From positions 45,662 through 109,661 of the forward strand of contig DASSAA010000004.1 in the NCBI GenBank assembly GCA_035685745.1: a DNA stretch of 64,000 bases. Direction: 5' to 3'. Positions within the stretch are counted from its first letter, which is position 1. Every line of letters starts with the position of its first letter. Source of the stretch: Sphingopyxis sp. (GTDB lineage: Bacteria; Pseudomonadota; Alphaproteobacteria; Sphingomonadales; Sphingomonadaceae). The notes beneath the pieces were generated by a model, which was not told where the DNA came from, made no database searches, and was given only the letters and a program-made list of their open reading frames with translations. The position numbers and the translations under genes were made by a program. Shown piece by piece: positions 37,745 through 49,464 of the stretch.

Positions 37745-38659
37745 ATGATCAAGCAATCTTTCCTCTATTTCGGCGCGGCATCTATCGCCTTGATGGCCGC
37801 GGCATCCCCCACCGCATCGGCGCAGAGCAACGTCGTGGAAAAACGGGTCGATAAGCTGGAACGTGAAATGCGCGCCGTGCAGCGCAGTGTCTTTCCCGGC
37901 GGTGCGCCTGCTTTTTTTGAAGGCGAAATTGGATCACAAAATGGTCAGCCTGCCCCCCAAAACACCGCCAACACGCCCTTGATTGAACTGACCACGCGCG
38001 TTGACGCACTGGAATCTCAGCTTCAAGCGCTCACCGGCCAGACCGAACAAAATGCTTTCAAATTGCGTGAGTTGGAAACCGCTTTCGCCGCCTATAAGGC
38101 CGAAATGAGCGGTCGCCTGACGGCTGCACCATCCGACGCAGGCGTCACCACGCCCACACCAACTCCCGCGACTGGCGCGCAATCCGCTACAAAGCCTGCG
38201 ACAAAACCGGCAAGCAACGCCGAGGCAGAGCGGCTGGCGCTGGTGAAAAAAGTGGATGTCCCCGTTACCGGAAATGAGGTGGATGACGCCTACACCTATG
38301 GCTATCGTTTGTGGGAAGCCAAATTTTATCCCGAAGCGCAAACCCAGCTGAAGGAAGTGGTCGCCAAATGGCCAAGGCACCGGATGGCCAGCTTTGCGCA
38401 AAATCTGCTGGGCCGCGCCTATTTGGATGAAGGCAAACCCAGTCTTGCCGCTGTGGCCTTTTACAACAATTATAAAGACCGCCCGCAAGGCGCCCGCGCG
38501 CCGCATAGCCTGATGTATATGGGCGTTTCGCTGCAACGGCTTAATCGCAAGGCCGATGCCTGCAAAGCGTTTCAGGAACTAGAAGATGTCTATGGCGCCA
38601 CCATGCCGCAGGATGTCCGCAACGATGCCAACGCCGAAAAATCCAAAGCCGGCTGTTAA
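37745..38659 (+). CDS. cpoB: Tol-Pal system protein CpoB (YbgF)
   Basis: Signal peptide, coiled coil (RVDALESQLQALTGQTEQNAFKLRELE) and a C-terminal TPR block. It lies upstream of tilS-ftsH, as is usual in alphaproteobacteria. Confidence 0.8.
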   Translation: MIKQSFLYFGAASIALMAAASPTASAQSNVVEKRVDKLEREMRAVQRSVFPGGAPAFFEGEIGSQNGQPAPQNTANTPLIELTTRVDALESQLQALTGQTEQNAFKLRELETAFAAYKAEMSGRLTAAPSDAGVTTPTPTPATGAQSATKPATKPASNAEAERLALVKKVDVPVTGNEVDDAYTYGYRLWEAKFYPEAQTQLKEVVAKWPRHRMASFAQNLLGRAYLDEGKPSLAAVAFYNNYKDRPQGARAPHSLMYMGVSLQRLNRKADACKAFQELEDVYGATMPQDVRNDANAEKSKAGC

Positions 38660-39614
38660 GTCCGAACTGTCTCTGCGCCTTGCCGCCAGTCTAGAACAAG
38701 CGGTGGGTGCAGATTGGCGGCAGCGCCGCTATGGCATCGCTGTGTCTGGCGGACCGGATAGCATGGCGCTTGTCTGGCTGATGGCGCAACTGTTGCCCGA
38801 TCAGGTCAGCGCTGCGACCGTAGACCATGGCCTTCGCACAAATTCAGCCGATGAAGCCGCTATGGTCGCCGCCTATTGCGCGCAGTTGGGCCTTCCGCAT
38901 CACATCTTATGCCCCGCCCAGCCGATCGCAGGATCGCTTCAAGCTTCGGCCCGGGCCGAGCGTTACCGCCTGCTGGAAAAATGGCGAAGCGATACCGAAG
39001 TGGATGATATCGTCACAGCGCATCATGCCGATGATCAGCTGGAAACATTGTTGATGCGCCTCAACCGCAGCAGCGGTATTTCCGGTCTGTCAGGCATTCG
39101 CCGCCGCAACGGCCATATTCTGCGTCCCCTGCTGGATTGGCGGCGCAGCGAATTGCTGCAAATTGCGCTGGATGCCAACATATCTTTCGTGGAAGATCCA
39201 TCCAATCAGGATCATCGCTTCGACCGCGCCCGCTTGCGAACCGCGCTAAAAGGGCAGCAAATTATAGACCCTCTGTCCGCCGCCAAATCCGCATCCTGGC
39301 TTGCCGAAGCGGACGAGGCACTGGATTGGGCAGTCGACACCGCTATTGCCGCATGGCCAGATCCCACCAATCGCGATCTTCTATATGACTGCGCCTATCC
39401 TGCGGAAATTTTTCGCCGCATCCTGACCCGGCGTCTGCGCCTGCATGATCCGGATTTGACCATTCGCGGATCGGCTATGCTTTCGATCATCACGGCGATG
39501 CAGAGCCGGCAGCGTGCGATGGTCGGATCGCTGATCATCGATCCGATACCCAACCAAGCCCATAGCTGGCGAATTTCCGCTGCGCCGTGCCGAAAATCGG
39601 CAAAAACGCGCTAA
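38625..39614 (+). CDS. tilS: tRNA(Ile)-lysidine synthase
   Basis: PP-loop GIAVSGGPDSMAL, plus TAHHADDQLETLLMRL. The start is uncertain: ATG 38625 overlaps the cpoB 3' end by 35 nt. Confidence 0.85.
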   Translation: MPTPKNPKPAVKSELSLRLAASLEQAVGADWRQRRYGIAVSGGPDSMALVWLMAQLLPDQVSAATVDHGLRTNSADEAAMVAAYCAQLGLPHHILCPAQPIAGSLQASARAERYRLLEKWRSDTEVDDIVTAHHADDQLETLLMRLNRSSGISGLSGIRRRNGHILRPLLDWRRSELLQIALDANISFVEDPSNQDHRFDRARLRTALKGQQIIDPLSAAKSASWLAEADEALDWAVDTAIAAWPDPTNRDLLYDCAYPAEIFRRILTRRLRLHDPDLTIRGSAMLSIITAMQSRQRAMVGSLIIDPIPNQAHSWRISAAPCRKSAKTR

Positions 39615-39695
39615 GCGACGCATTGTTATTTGGCCTAATAGCCCTATCTTAAGGCAAAGAAGCGCAAGTGCGCGAAATTTTTGGAAAGATTCTGC

Positions 39696-41642
<1,947 letters not shown>

Positions 41643-41675
41643 TATACGTCAGCGCCTTTATTTTAGCTCCAACAG

Positions 41676-41706
41676 GGGCGCGGTCCGATCTGGTCCGCGC
41701 CCCTTG
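41676..41706 (+). terminator. ftsH terminator-like hairpin
   Basis: GGGGCGCGGTCC-GATCT-GGTCCGCGCCCC (12-bp stem, one mismatch) followed by TT. Confidence 0.5.
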
Positions 41707-41711
41707 GCGTC

Positions 41712-42152
41712 ATGCCGGTGAGCCGAGCCGGATCGCGGCCCGGATCGCTGCCCGGCGCGCGCACTATCTCACGCGCCGCTTATGGCTTAATAGCCACTTT
41801 CTCTATCGCGTTGACAGCACCGGCCCATGCGGCACCATCGGGCAGCATAGAAGATTTTCTGATCCGCGCTGATCGGCTGATCACGCTTGGCCCGCTTGCT
41901 ATGGCCGCGCCAGACGCTCATCGCCTAAAAGCCGAAGTGATTGATGCCGCCCTCAGCTATAAGGCGCGCAACGATGCCCAGCGCAAAGCTGGTCAGCCCC
42001 GCCGAAGCTGCCCGCCTGAAAGCGGCGAGATGGAGCCAGAAGAATGGCTTGCCCATTTGCGCAGCTTTCCAGCCGCGCTTCGCCCGCGCCTATCCATTTC
42101 CTTCGCCCTTGAGCGTTATATGGAAAAGCGCTTTCCCTGCCCTCTGCGCTGA
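41712..42152 (+). CDS. Hypothetical secreted protein
   Basis: Signal peptide ending TAPAHA-AP. The mature part is about 105 aa, helical-looking, with two Cys (SCPPE ... FPCP). I recognise no family. It starts immediately after the ftsH hairpin. Confidence 0.45.
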   Translation: MPVSRAGSRPGSLPGARTISRAAYGLIATFSIALTAPAHAAPSGSIEDFLIRADRLITLGPLAMAAPDAHRLKAEVIDAALSYKARNDAQRKAGQPRRSCPPESGEMEPEEWLAHLRSFPAALRPRLSISFALERYMEKRFPCPLR

Positions 42153-42222
42153 TCCGACAAAGAAATTTCTCACAGAAGAAAAATCCCTTGCAGACCGGCG
42201 GATAACAGCCAGTCTCTTTTCC

Positions 42223-42858
42223 ATGACCATATATTGCGACGAATCCGGCGGCCTGAATGCCGGAGCTATGACCTTCGCTGCGATCCGGCTGGATCCCGAA
42301 GCTGTTGCCGCCATTCATGCTCGCTTTCGCGGCATCACCGGCCTTCGCGGCGAATTAAAGGGCAGCCGCATCTCTTTGGTTGAGCGCGCCTTTTTGCTGG
42401 AATTATTTGATCGCGCCGGCGGCCGGGCTTGGGTTTCCGTTGCCACCCGCGCAAATTTTGCAATGGGCCGCCAGCAAGGTGAACAAAATCATCTCGCTCG
42501 GCCGCCCAAATCGCAAAGCGACCTTGCTTATTATACGGCGCTCCTCAACCTCGCGGTCGGCAATTGGTTGCCGGAAACAGGCGGTGTCTGCACCGATGTG
42601 ATCATCGACGAGGGCCGCTATGACGCCCGCATATTGTCCGGCATTCAGGCCGATATTCAAGCCGGTCTAGGCCAATGGGGCCGCGCCACCATGGCCGACA
42701 GCAGGCGCAGCGATGGGGTGCAACTTGCCGATGTCGTGGCCAACAGCGTCTATAATATCGCCGCAGAATCCGAACGAGCGCCGCGCATCCAGCGTATTTT
42801 GGATCCCATGCTGGCCAGCGGTGCCATTCGGATTGCGCCGCTAAATGGCCTAGTTTAG
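42223..42858 (+). CDS. DUF3800 domain protein
   Basis: N-terminal MTIYCDESGG and C-terminal GVQLADVVANSVYN match my recollection of the DUF3800 hallmarks (DESG ... QxAD). The ORF-track start at 41941 is an out-of-frame overlap with the preceding gene. Confidence 0.65.
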   Translation: MTIYCDESGGLNAGAMTFAAIRLDPEAVAAIHARFRGITGLRGELKGSRISLVERAFLLELFDRAGGRAWVSVATRANFAMGRQQGEQNHLARPPKSQSDLAYYTALLNLAVGNWLPETGGVCTDVIIDEGRYDARILSGIQADIQAGLGQWGRATMADSRRSDGVQLADVVANSVYNIAAESERAPRIQRILDPMLASGAIRIAPLNGLV

Positions 42859-42900
42859 CAAAATTTGGCTCGACTAATCTCGCCTAAAGCATTGTGGATA

Positions 42901-42942
42901 AAAGAAAAAGGAGCCGCAGCGCTTATGCTGCGGCCCCTTTTA
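42901..42942. terminator. Bidirectional intrinsic terminator (DUF3800 gene / rpoZ)
   Basis: AAAGAAAAA-GGAGCCGCAGC-GCTTAT-GCTGCGGCCCC-TTTTA. The stem is flanked by an A-tract and a T-tract between convergent genes. Confidence 0.75.
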
Positions 42943-42973
42943 TCTGATCCTCTTATCGCTTTGTGGCGATGGA

Positions 42974-43318
42974 TTATTCGAAATCTGGTCCGCTGCTTGC
43001 GGGGCTGCGCGGCGGCGCAGCAGCCGTCAGACGCAAGGCCTCTGCAGAGCGCGCAATCGAGCTGATTTCATCAGGCGTGTCGTCATCATCGATGACCACC
43101 TTCTGCATCGAACCGACCAGCGAAAACTCCAAATCCTTGGGCACAATCGTCTGTTCAGCAATCTCACGCAATGCGACAACCGGATTTTTATCACGGTCGC
43201 GATCTACGGTCAGTTCCGAACCACCCGAGATTTCGCGCGCGCGGTGCGCAGACAATAGGACCAAGTCGAAACGGTTGGAAACTTTGTCGACACAATCCTC
43301 GACGGTAACGCGGGCCAT
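42974..43318 (-). CDS. rpoZ: DNA-directed RNA polymerase subunit omega
   Basis: [30 protein letters not shown] ... [12 protein letters not shown]. Confidence 0.95.
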   Translation of the reverse strand: MARVTVEDCVDKVSNRFDLVLLSAHRAREISGGSELTVDRDRDKNPVVALREIAEQTIVPKDLEFSLVGSMQKVVIDDDDTPDEISSIARSAEALRLTAAAPPRSPASSGPDFE

Positions 43319-43494
43319 ATGAATTCCTTATGCGCGGGATATGCCATCCCCGAAAAAAGGGCACGGCGGCAAGCGCTGCGCGCTATCAGAGGGCGGACGA
43401 AATGTCAAGAAAACGCTGTATTCCTTAAGCGGTAAATCAGCCAAAGCCTCGCTTAGCGCAAGCAGCTTTGTTATCTTTGCTAACCACTTGCGAT

Positions 43495-44730
43495 ATGGCT
43501 TTGCCCGCTTATGATCGCGCCATGATATCTGAGCCTCAAGATGCACCGTCAATCAGCGGGCCTCCATCATTTACGGCCATGGATATTTCAGGCCATCAAA
43601 TCGATATCATCACCAGCGGCAGTGAGAGGTTGCACAAGCTGCTGACGCTGCTGAATGGCGCGCAGCGCAGCATCGATCTGATCATGTATATTTTCGCCAA
43701 TGATGAGGCGGGCCAACAAGTGCAAGCTGCCTTGATGGCGGCTGCGGCCAGAGGCGTTCGCCTGCGCATCATATTAGACCGTTTTGGCTCCTCCACCCTG
43801 TCCGCCAGCTTTTACGAGCCCTTGCGCGCCGCAGGGGCCAGCCTCTGCTTTTTCTCCAAACGCTGGCGATCCTCTTATCTTATCCGCAATCACCAAAAAT
43901 TGATCCTGATCGACAATGAAATTGTGATGACTGGCGGTTTCAACATCGCCCACAGCTATTTGAACGATCACAGCGCTGATCGCTGGCTTGATCTTGGTGT
44001 CGTCGTTACCGGCCCCTCGGTGATCCGCGTGCGCAAATGGTGCGAACAGCTTTATGCCTATACCAGCCATGATGATGGAAAAATTCTGAAGCTACGTCGC
44101 CTGATCCGGCGCTGGCCGATAAGCCGAAGCAAGGTTTCTTGGCTGATCGGCGGACCAACGGAAAGATTGTCGCCATGGGCGCGGGCCTTAAAGCGGGATG
44201 TGTTGCAAGCCCGCACCATTGATATGGCGATGGCCTATTTCTCACCCGGTCAGGGCATGTTGCGGCGGCTTGGTCATATCGCCCGCACCGGCAGCGCCCA
44301 TTTCATCATGGCCGGGAAAAGCGACAATGCCGCCACCATTGGCGCATCGCGCTTGCTTTATGGCTATCTGCTAAAGCGTGGTGCCCGCATCGCCGAATAT
44401 AGCCGCAACCCCTTTCATATGAAATTGATCGTGATCGATGACATCACTTATGTCGGCAGCGCCAATTTCGATGTCCGCAGCCTGTTTCTGAATGTGGAAA
44501 TCATGCTGCGCGTCGTCGATCATGATTTTGCCGCCAACATGCGCCGCCTGATCCATAATGTTACCATCGAATCCGATATTATCACGCCCGAACTTCATCG
44601 CAGCCGCGCTGGCCTGCTCACCCGCCTGCGCTGGCTGCTATCCTTCATGATCGTCAGTGTGATGGATTATACGGTTTCGCGGCGGCTTAACTTCGGCCTT
44701 GGCGAAAATCCTTATCGGGATCGGCGTTAA
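43495..44730 (+). CDS. Phospholipase D / cardiolipin synthase-like protein (two HKD motifs)
   Basis: HKD-1 is NHQKLILIDNEIVMTGGFN and HKD-2 is FHMKLIVIDDITYVGSANFD. The start is uncertain (TTG 43468, ATG 43495 or ATG 43522). Confidence 0.8.
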   Translation: MALPAYDRAMISEPQDAPSISGPPSFTAMDISGHQIDIITSGSERLHKLLTLLNGAQRSIDLIMYIFANDEAGQQVQAALMAAAARGVRLRIILDRFGSSTLSASFYEPLRAAGASLCFFSKRWRSSYLIRNHQKLILIDNEIVMTGGFNIAHSYLNDHSADRWLDLGVVVTGPSVIRVRKWCEQLYAYTSHDDGKILKLRRLIRRWPISRSKVSWLIGGPTERLSPWARALKRDVLQARTIDMAMAYFSPGQGMLRRLGHIARTGSAHFIMAGKSDNAATIGASRLLYGYLLKRGARIAEYSRNPFHMKLIVIDDITYVGSANFDVRSLFLNVEIMLRVVDHDFAANMRRLIHNVTIESDIITPELHRSRAGLLTRLRWLLSFMIVSVMDYTVSRRLNFGLGENPYRDRR

Positions 44731-45365
44731 TCCTTCCAGCCCCAGAATAAAAAACAGGGCGGCACATTCACCCACTCAAAATCCTTGTCGATCCGGCGGA
44801 AATGGGGCGCCAGAAAGTCCCGCGCTTTTGCACGAAATTGATAAACAAGAAAAGCGCCGCCAGATCGCAAAGCCCGATGCGTGGCAGCTGCAATCGCTGG
44901 CCCTACCCCTTCCGGCAGCGTCGAAAATGGCAAACCTGAAAGAATATAATCCGCCTTTTCAAAGCCATGCTCGGCAATGATGCGCTCCACATCGGCGGCC
45001 GATCCCAGCACAGCAGAAAAACGGCTATCGCGAATTTCATCCTGCAAATAATCGATGAAATCCGGATTCGTATCAATAGCGATCAATTTTGCATCGCCGG
45101 GCAGTCGTTCCAGCACGGGGCGACAAAATGTTCCCACGCCCGGACCATATTCCACGAACAATTTGGTATTCGCCCAGTCCACCGGCTCCAGCATATGGCG
45201 GATCAGCACCGATGAAGACGGCACAATCGAACCAACCATGACGGGATGCTTGATAAAGCCCCGCACAAACATGCCCCAAGGCCCCAATTTGCGCTTGAGC
45301 CACCCCTTGGGTCGCAGCGACATAGCCGACAGATTGTCTTGAACCTGCGCCCTTGGATTGGTCAT
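44727..45365 (-). CDS. Class I SAM-dependent methyltransferase (phospholipid N-methyltransferase PmtA-like, COG3963-type)
   Basis: FIKHPVMVGSIVPSS, SAM motif I VEYGPGVGTF, and ILSGLPFSTLP. Confidence 0.7.
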   Translation of the reverse strand: MTNPRAQVQDNLSAMSLRPKGWLKRKLGPWGMFVRGFIKHPVMVGSIVPSSSVLIRHMLEPVDWANTKLFVEYGPGVGTFCRPVLERLPGDAKLIAIDTNPDFIDYLQDEIRDSRFSAVLGSAADVERIIAEHGFEKADYILSGLPFSTLPEGVGPAIAAATHRALRSGGAFLVYQFRAKARDFLAPHFRRIDKDFEWVNVPPCFLFWGWKD

Positions 45366-45516
45366 AATCTCTTTCGCTTCATGATCGATTTATCAGGAGT
45401 TGGCAAAATCATGGCCCCCGCGCAAGAAAAGAGTCTGTTCGTCACCTAGACACAAGTGCAATGACCGCTACTTTGGTTCCCTAAATGATAAGAAAATGGG
45501 AGAATAATCGGCGAGC

Positions 45517-46842
45517 ATGGTAGAATATAATAAAGGTATTCCGAAAGATCGTATGGCCGTTCTTTTTGCCGTGATGCTGGTCGCGGCGGCTGGCAATACG
45601 GCGATGCAATCCATCCTTCCTGCGCTAGGTGCCAAGCTAAAAATTCCGGATGTATGGGTCAGTCTGGCGTTCAGCTGGTCTGCGCTTCTGTGGGTGTTTA
45701 CCGCCCCCGGATGGGCTCGCATGTCTGACAAGCGCGGTCGTAAAGTATTGATGTCATTAGGTATCATCGGCTTTATCAGCTCGATGGCGCTATGCGGCTT
45801 CATTCTGTGGCTGGGCCTGTCAGGCTGGCTGGCGGGGGGCCTGACCTTCATCCTCTTCGCTGCCGCGCGCAGCCTTTATGGCGGCCTTGGCTCGGCGGCT
45901 CCGCCCGCTGTGCAGGCCTATGTTGCCGCGCGCACCGCACCGGAAGAACGCACGCAGGCCCTGTCCCTCGTCTCCTCCTCCTTCGGTCTCGGCACCGTTA
46001 TCGGCCCCGCCATCGCTCCCTTTCTGATTCTTCCGATTTTCGGCTTGGCTGGTCCCATGATCAGCTTCGCCGTTTTTGGCCTGATCGTTCTCATCTGTAT
46101 CCGCTGGCGTCTGCCCAATGATATGCCCCGCTTTGCCGCACGCGGCGCTGTCGCTCCCTACCCCCTGTCCGGCGGCTCTCCCGAACCAACCCAAGATGAA
46201 GAGGAAACCGCGGAAACTCTGGAAGGTCCGTCAGCAGACACGTCGCAGCAAAGCGGCGCGCTGCGCTGGACAGACAGCCATATCAAGCCATGGTTTATGG
46301 CGGGATTTCTGGGTGGTCAGGCTCAGGCCATGGTGCTGGGCATTATCGGCTTTCTCATTTTGGATCGGCTCCACCTGCGCACCAATCCTGATGAAGGCGC
46401 GGCCATGACCGGCGTTGTGCTGATGGCGGGTGCCTTTGCGACCCTACTCGCCCAATGGGGGATTATCCCCCTTCTCAACATGTCGGCGCGGTCAGCAGTG
46501 CTCGTCGGTTCCGGTTTGGCCGCAGCCGGTGTCATCGGCGTCGCTTTTGCCAATGATATGCACAGCATCGCCATCACCTTCGCCCTCGCTTCACTGGGCT
46601 TTGGCCTCTATCGCCCCGGCTTTACAGCAGGCGCCTCTCTCGCCGTGCCGCGACGGCATCAAGGTGCGGTCGCTGGCATGACCGCCTCGATCAACGGCTC
46701 TGCCTATATCATATCCCCGGCCATCGGGGTGATGCTCTACAATTGGCATGATGGCGTGGCCTTCAGCTTAATGGCCCTGATCCTCGTGATTCTCATCATC
46801 TGGGGGTGGTCCGCATTGAAACTTCCTGAAATGCAAAGCTGA
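45517..46842 (+). CDS. MFS transporter
   Basis: 441 aa with 12 TM segments, the MFS loop MSDKRGRKVLM, and an acidic central loop. Confidence 0.85.
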   Translation: MVEYNKGIPKDRMAVLFAVMLVAAAGNTAMQSILPALGAKLKIPDVWVSLAFSWSALLWVFTAPGWARMSDKRGRKVLMSLGIIGFISSMALCGFILWLGLSGWLAGGLTFILFAAARSLYGGLGSAAPPAVQAYVAARTAPEERTQALSLVSSSFGLGTVIGPAIAPFLILPIFGLAGPMISFAVFGLIVLICIRWRLPNDMPRFAARGAVAPYPLSGGSPEPTQDEEETAETLEGPSADTSQQSGALRWTDSHIKPWFMAGFLGGQAQAMVLGIIGFLILDRLHLRTNPDEGAAMTGVVLMAGAFATLLAQWGIIPLLNMSARSAVLVGSGLAAAGVIGVAFANDMHSIAITFALASLGFGLYRPGFTAGASLAVPRRHQGAVAGMTASINGSAYIISPAIGVMLYNWHDGVAFSLMALILVILIIWGWSALKLPEMQS

Positions 46843-46867
46843 ACGGATCACGAAGAACGCCAAGATC

Positions 46868-46915
46868 AAAAAAGGGGCTGCGCCATTCCGCTTGGCGCAG
46901 CCCCCTTTTCTTTTC
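46868..46915. terminator. Bidirectional intrinsic terminator (MFS / CDC48-like gene)
   Basis: AAAAAA-GGGGCTGCGCC-ATTCCGCTT-GGCGCAGCCCC-CTTTTCTTTT. Confidence 0.75.
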
Positions 46916-46964
46916 TGTCAGGATAATCCCTTGCTAAGATTATTAAGAGGCAAGATCGCAAAGC

Positions 46965-49283
46965 TCAGCCATCGCTTTCATGTTTGCGTTCGCGCACGGG
47001 CTTTAACATGCCCGGCCCGAAAAAGCCGATGGGATCAACACTCATCGCATTTTGCTTAATCTCGCCTTGAATTTTTTCATAATCCCGCTCCATCGCCTCC
47101 GTCACAGAGGCGCGCGTATCCTTCAAGGCCGCTTCAAAATCGGCTGCGGTCACCACATCGCTATCCAGCGATCGTTTCAGCGCTGCCAATCCGGCCCGGC
47201 GCACCAGATCCTCTAAATCTGCGCCGGTGAAACGTTCCGCACGATCAGCCAAATCCTTCAAATCCACATCCGGTGCCAGCGGCATCGCCTTGGTGTGAAT
47301 ATCCAATATATGCCTGCGCCCCTCGGCATCTGGCACGGAAACATAGATTAGCTCATCCAAGCGGCCCGGCCGCAACAGCGCCGGATCGATCAAATTGGGC
47401 CGATTGGTGGCGCCAATCACCACCACCGCCTGCATTTCCTCGATCCCGTCCATTTCGGCCAAAATGGTGTTCACCACCCGCTCTGTCACCTGCGGTTCAC
47501 CCGATGCACCCGATCCGCGCGCTGGCACCAGACTATCCAGTTCATCGATAAAGATGATGGTGGGTGCAACCGCCCTCGCGCGCGCAAAAAGCCGGGCAAT
47601 CTGCTGCTCGCTTTCGCCATACCATTTGGACAAAAGGTCCGAGGATTTGATCGAAATGAAATTGGCATCAGCTTCCCGCGCCGCCGCTTTGGCCAGCAAG
47701 GTTTTGCCGGTGCCCGGCGGTCCATAAAGCAAAAAGCCTTTGGCCGGGCGAATGCCCAATCGGCGAAACGCATCGGGCCGCTTTAACGGCAGCTCAATAC
47801 CTTCGATCATCTTATCGCGCGCGGCGTCCAACCCACCAATATCGCTCCACCGGGTTTTCGGCGCCTGCACCATCACCTCACGCATGGCCGATGGCTGCAC
47901 CCGCTTCAGCGCATTCAGGAAATCGCCGCGCGTAACCCGCAAATCTTCCAGAACATCCGGCGGAATCGTGCCTTCATTCAGGTTGATGCGCGGCATCATG
48001 CGGCGCACCGCATCAATCGCCGCCTCGCGCGTCAAAGCCGCCAGATCCGCACCCACAAAGCCAAAGGTGGTGCGCGAAAGTTCCGCCAGATCGACATCTT
48101 CGGCCAGCGGCATACCGCGAGTGTGAATGCCCAAAATCTCGCGTCGGCCGCTTTCATCGGGCACCCCGATCACGATTTCCCGGTCAAAACGGCCCGGCCG
48201 GCGCAGCGCTTCATCCAGCGCCTCGGGCCGATTGGTGGCCGCGACCACCACCAAATTGGTGCGCGGCTCCAGCCCATCCATCAAGGTCAGCAGTTGGGCG
48301 ACAATGCGTTTTTCCGCTTCTCCCTGCACCTGCCCGCGCTTGGGCGCGATACTGTCAATCTCGTCGATAAACAAAATGGATGGCGCGGCTTTCGCCGCCT
48401 GTTCAAAAATCTCGCGCAACCGCCCTTCGCTTTCGCCATAGGCACTGCCCATGATTTCCGGGCCATTGATCAAGAAAAACTGCGCATCGCTTTCATTCGC
48501 AACCGCCCGGGCCAACCGCGTTTTCCCTGTTCCCGGCGGCCCATGCAGCAACACCCCGCGCGGCGGATCAACTCCAAGGCGCAGGAATAATTCGGGATAA
48601 CGCAGCGGCAATTCCACCATCTCGCGCAATTGGTCGATGGTCTCACCCAAGCCACCCAGATCATCATAGGTCACGTCTGTGCGCCGCGCATCCTGCGGCT
48701 CGCGATATTCGGGCAGCAGTTCTACTTCGGTGTTTTCATCGATATAAACCACACCCTTGGGCGCTGCCGAAACCACCATCAGCCGCACTTCGGCCAAGGC
48801 ATAAGCAGGGGCGTTCAGCATTTGCCGCAGTTGCGGCGGCATATCGCCGGAAGGCAGGCGCTGTTGGCCCGTCGTCGCCACCGTATCGCCCGCGACCAAA
48901 GGTCGCCCGAAAAAACTGCGCTTCAATCCAACAGCCGAGCCTTGCAGCCGCAGATTTTCCTGTGCCGGAGCAAAGGTCACGCGAATCGCAGCGCGCATCT
49001 CTACCCGCGTCAATATTACCTGATCGCCCGCATTGGCGCCCGCATTGGCACGCTGCAGGCCATCAAGCCGAATCACCGCCAGCCCTTCATCTTCATCATA
49101 AGGCGCCATCACGCGCGAAACGGTCTGCCGTTTGCCGCTGATCTGCACCGCATCGCCCTCGGCCAGCCCCAATTCCGCCATCACAGAGCGCGGAATACGC
49201 GCAAAACCGCCGCCACTTTCTTCGGCCCGTGCATTGGCGACCTGCAACTTTACGTCTTTGTCTTTACCCGCTTCTTCGGCCAA
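46965..49283 (-). CDS. CDC48/p97/VAT-like AAA+ ATPase (N domain plus D1 plus D2)
   Basis: The N domain is VAT-N-like ([28 protein letters not shown]). There are two AAA modules with Walker A GPPGTGKT and Walker [10 protein letters not shown] / IIFIDELDS. Pore loops are GSAYGESE (D1) and SKWYGESE (D2). TTG start with GGGAGG 6 nt upstream. Confidence 0.9.
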   Translation of the reverse strand: MAEEAGKDKDVKLQVANARAEESGGGFARIPRSVMAELGLAEGDAVQISGKRQTVSRVMAPYDEDEGLAVIRLDGLQRANAGANAGDQVILTRVEMRAAIRVTFAPAQENLRLQGSAVGLKRSFFGRPLVAGDTVATTGQQRLPSGDMPPQLRQMLNAPAYALAEVRLMVVSAAPKGVVYIDENTEVELLPEYREPQDARRTDVTYDDLGGLGETIDQLREMVELPLRYPELFLRLGVDPPRGVLLHGPPGTGKTRLARAVANESDAQFFLINGPEIMGSAYGESEGRLREIFEQAAKAAPSILFIDEIDSIAPKRGQVQGEAEKRIVAQLLTLMDGLEPRTNLVVVAATNRPEALDEALRRPGRFDREIVIGVPDESGRREILGIHTRGMPLAEDVDLAELSRTTFGFVGADLAALTREAAIDAVRRMMPRINLNEGTIPPDVLEDLRVTRGDFLNALKRVQPSAMREVMVQAPKTRWSDIGGLDAARDKMIEGIELPLKRPDAFRRLGIRPAKGFLLYGPPGTGKTLLAKAAAREADANFISIKSSDLLSKWYGESEQQIARLFARARAVAPTIIFIDELDSLVPARGSGASGEPQVTERVVNTILAEMDGIEEMQAVVVIGATNRPNLIDPALLRPGRLDELIYVSVPDAEGRRHILDIHTKAMPLAPDVDLKDLADRAERFTGADLEDLVRRAGLAALKRSLDSDVVTAADFEAALKDTRASVTEAMERDYEKIQGEIKQNAMSVDPIGFFGPGMLKPVRERKHESDG

Positions 49284-49393
49284 GGCTTGCCTCCCGCGAA
49301 AATGAAAAGTCAGATTATCGTTGGGAAGAAGATTAGGAAAAAATTCCAGCTTTACGAGGGGGTTTCTCTAATGTTTGGCCATCATGCAGCCAG

Positions 49394-49411
49394 TCGCTTT
49401 GCGCAAAGCGA
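49394..49411. promoter_or_regulatory. Perfect 18-bp palindrome TCGCTTTGCGCAAAGCGA in the LysR / CDC48-like divergent region
   Basis: It is exactly self-complementary. It lies 54 nt upstream of the LysR ATG and 110 nt upstream of the CDC48-like start. Confidence 0.35.
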
Positions 49412-49464
49412 GCAATATATGACACTTGTTCTTTGGCGATGAAGCAAGCATAGGCGCATAGGTC

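Noticed and set aside
43328-43552. A 74-aa minus-strand ORF between rpoZ and the PLD gene.
   Set aside because: It has no ribosome-binding site or motif and overlaps the probable PLD start. It is probably promoter DNA.
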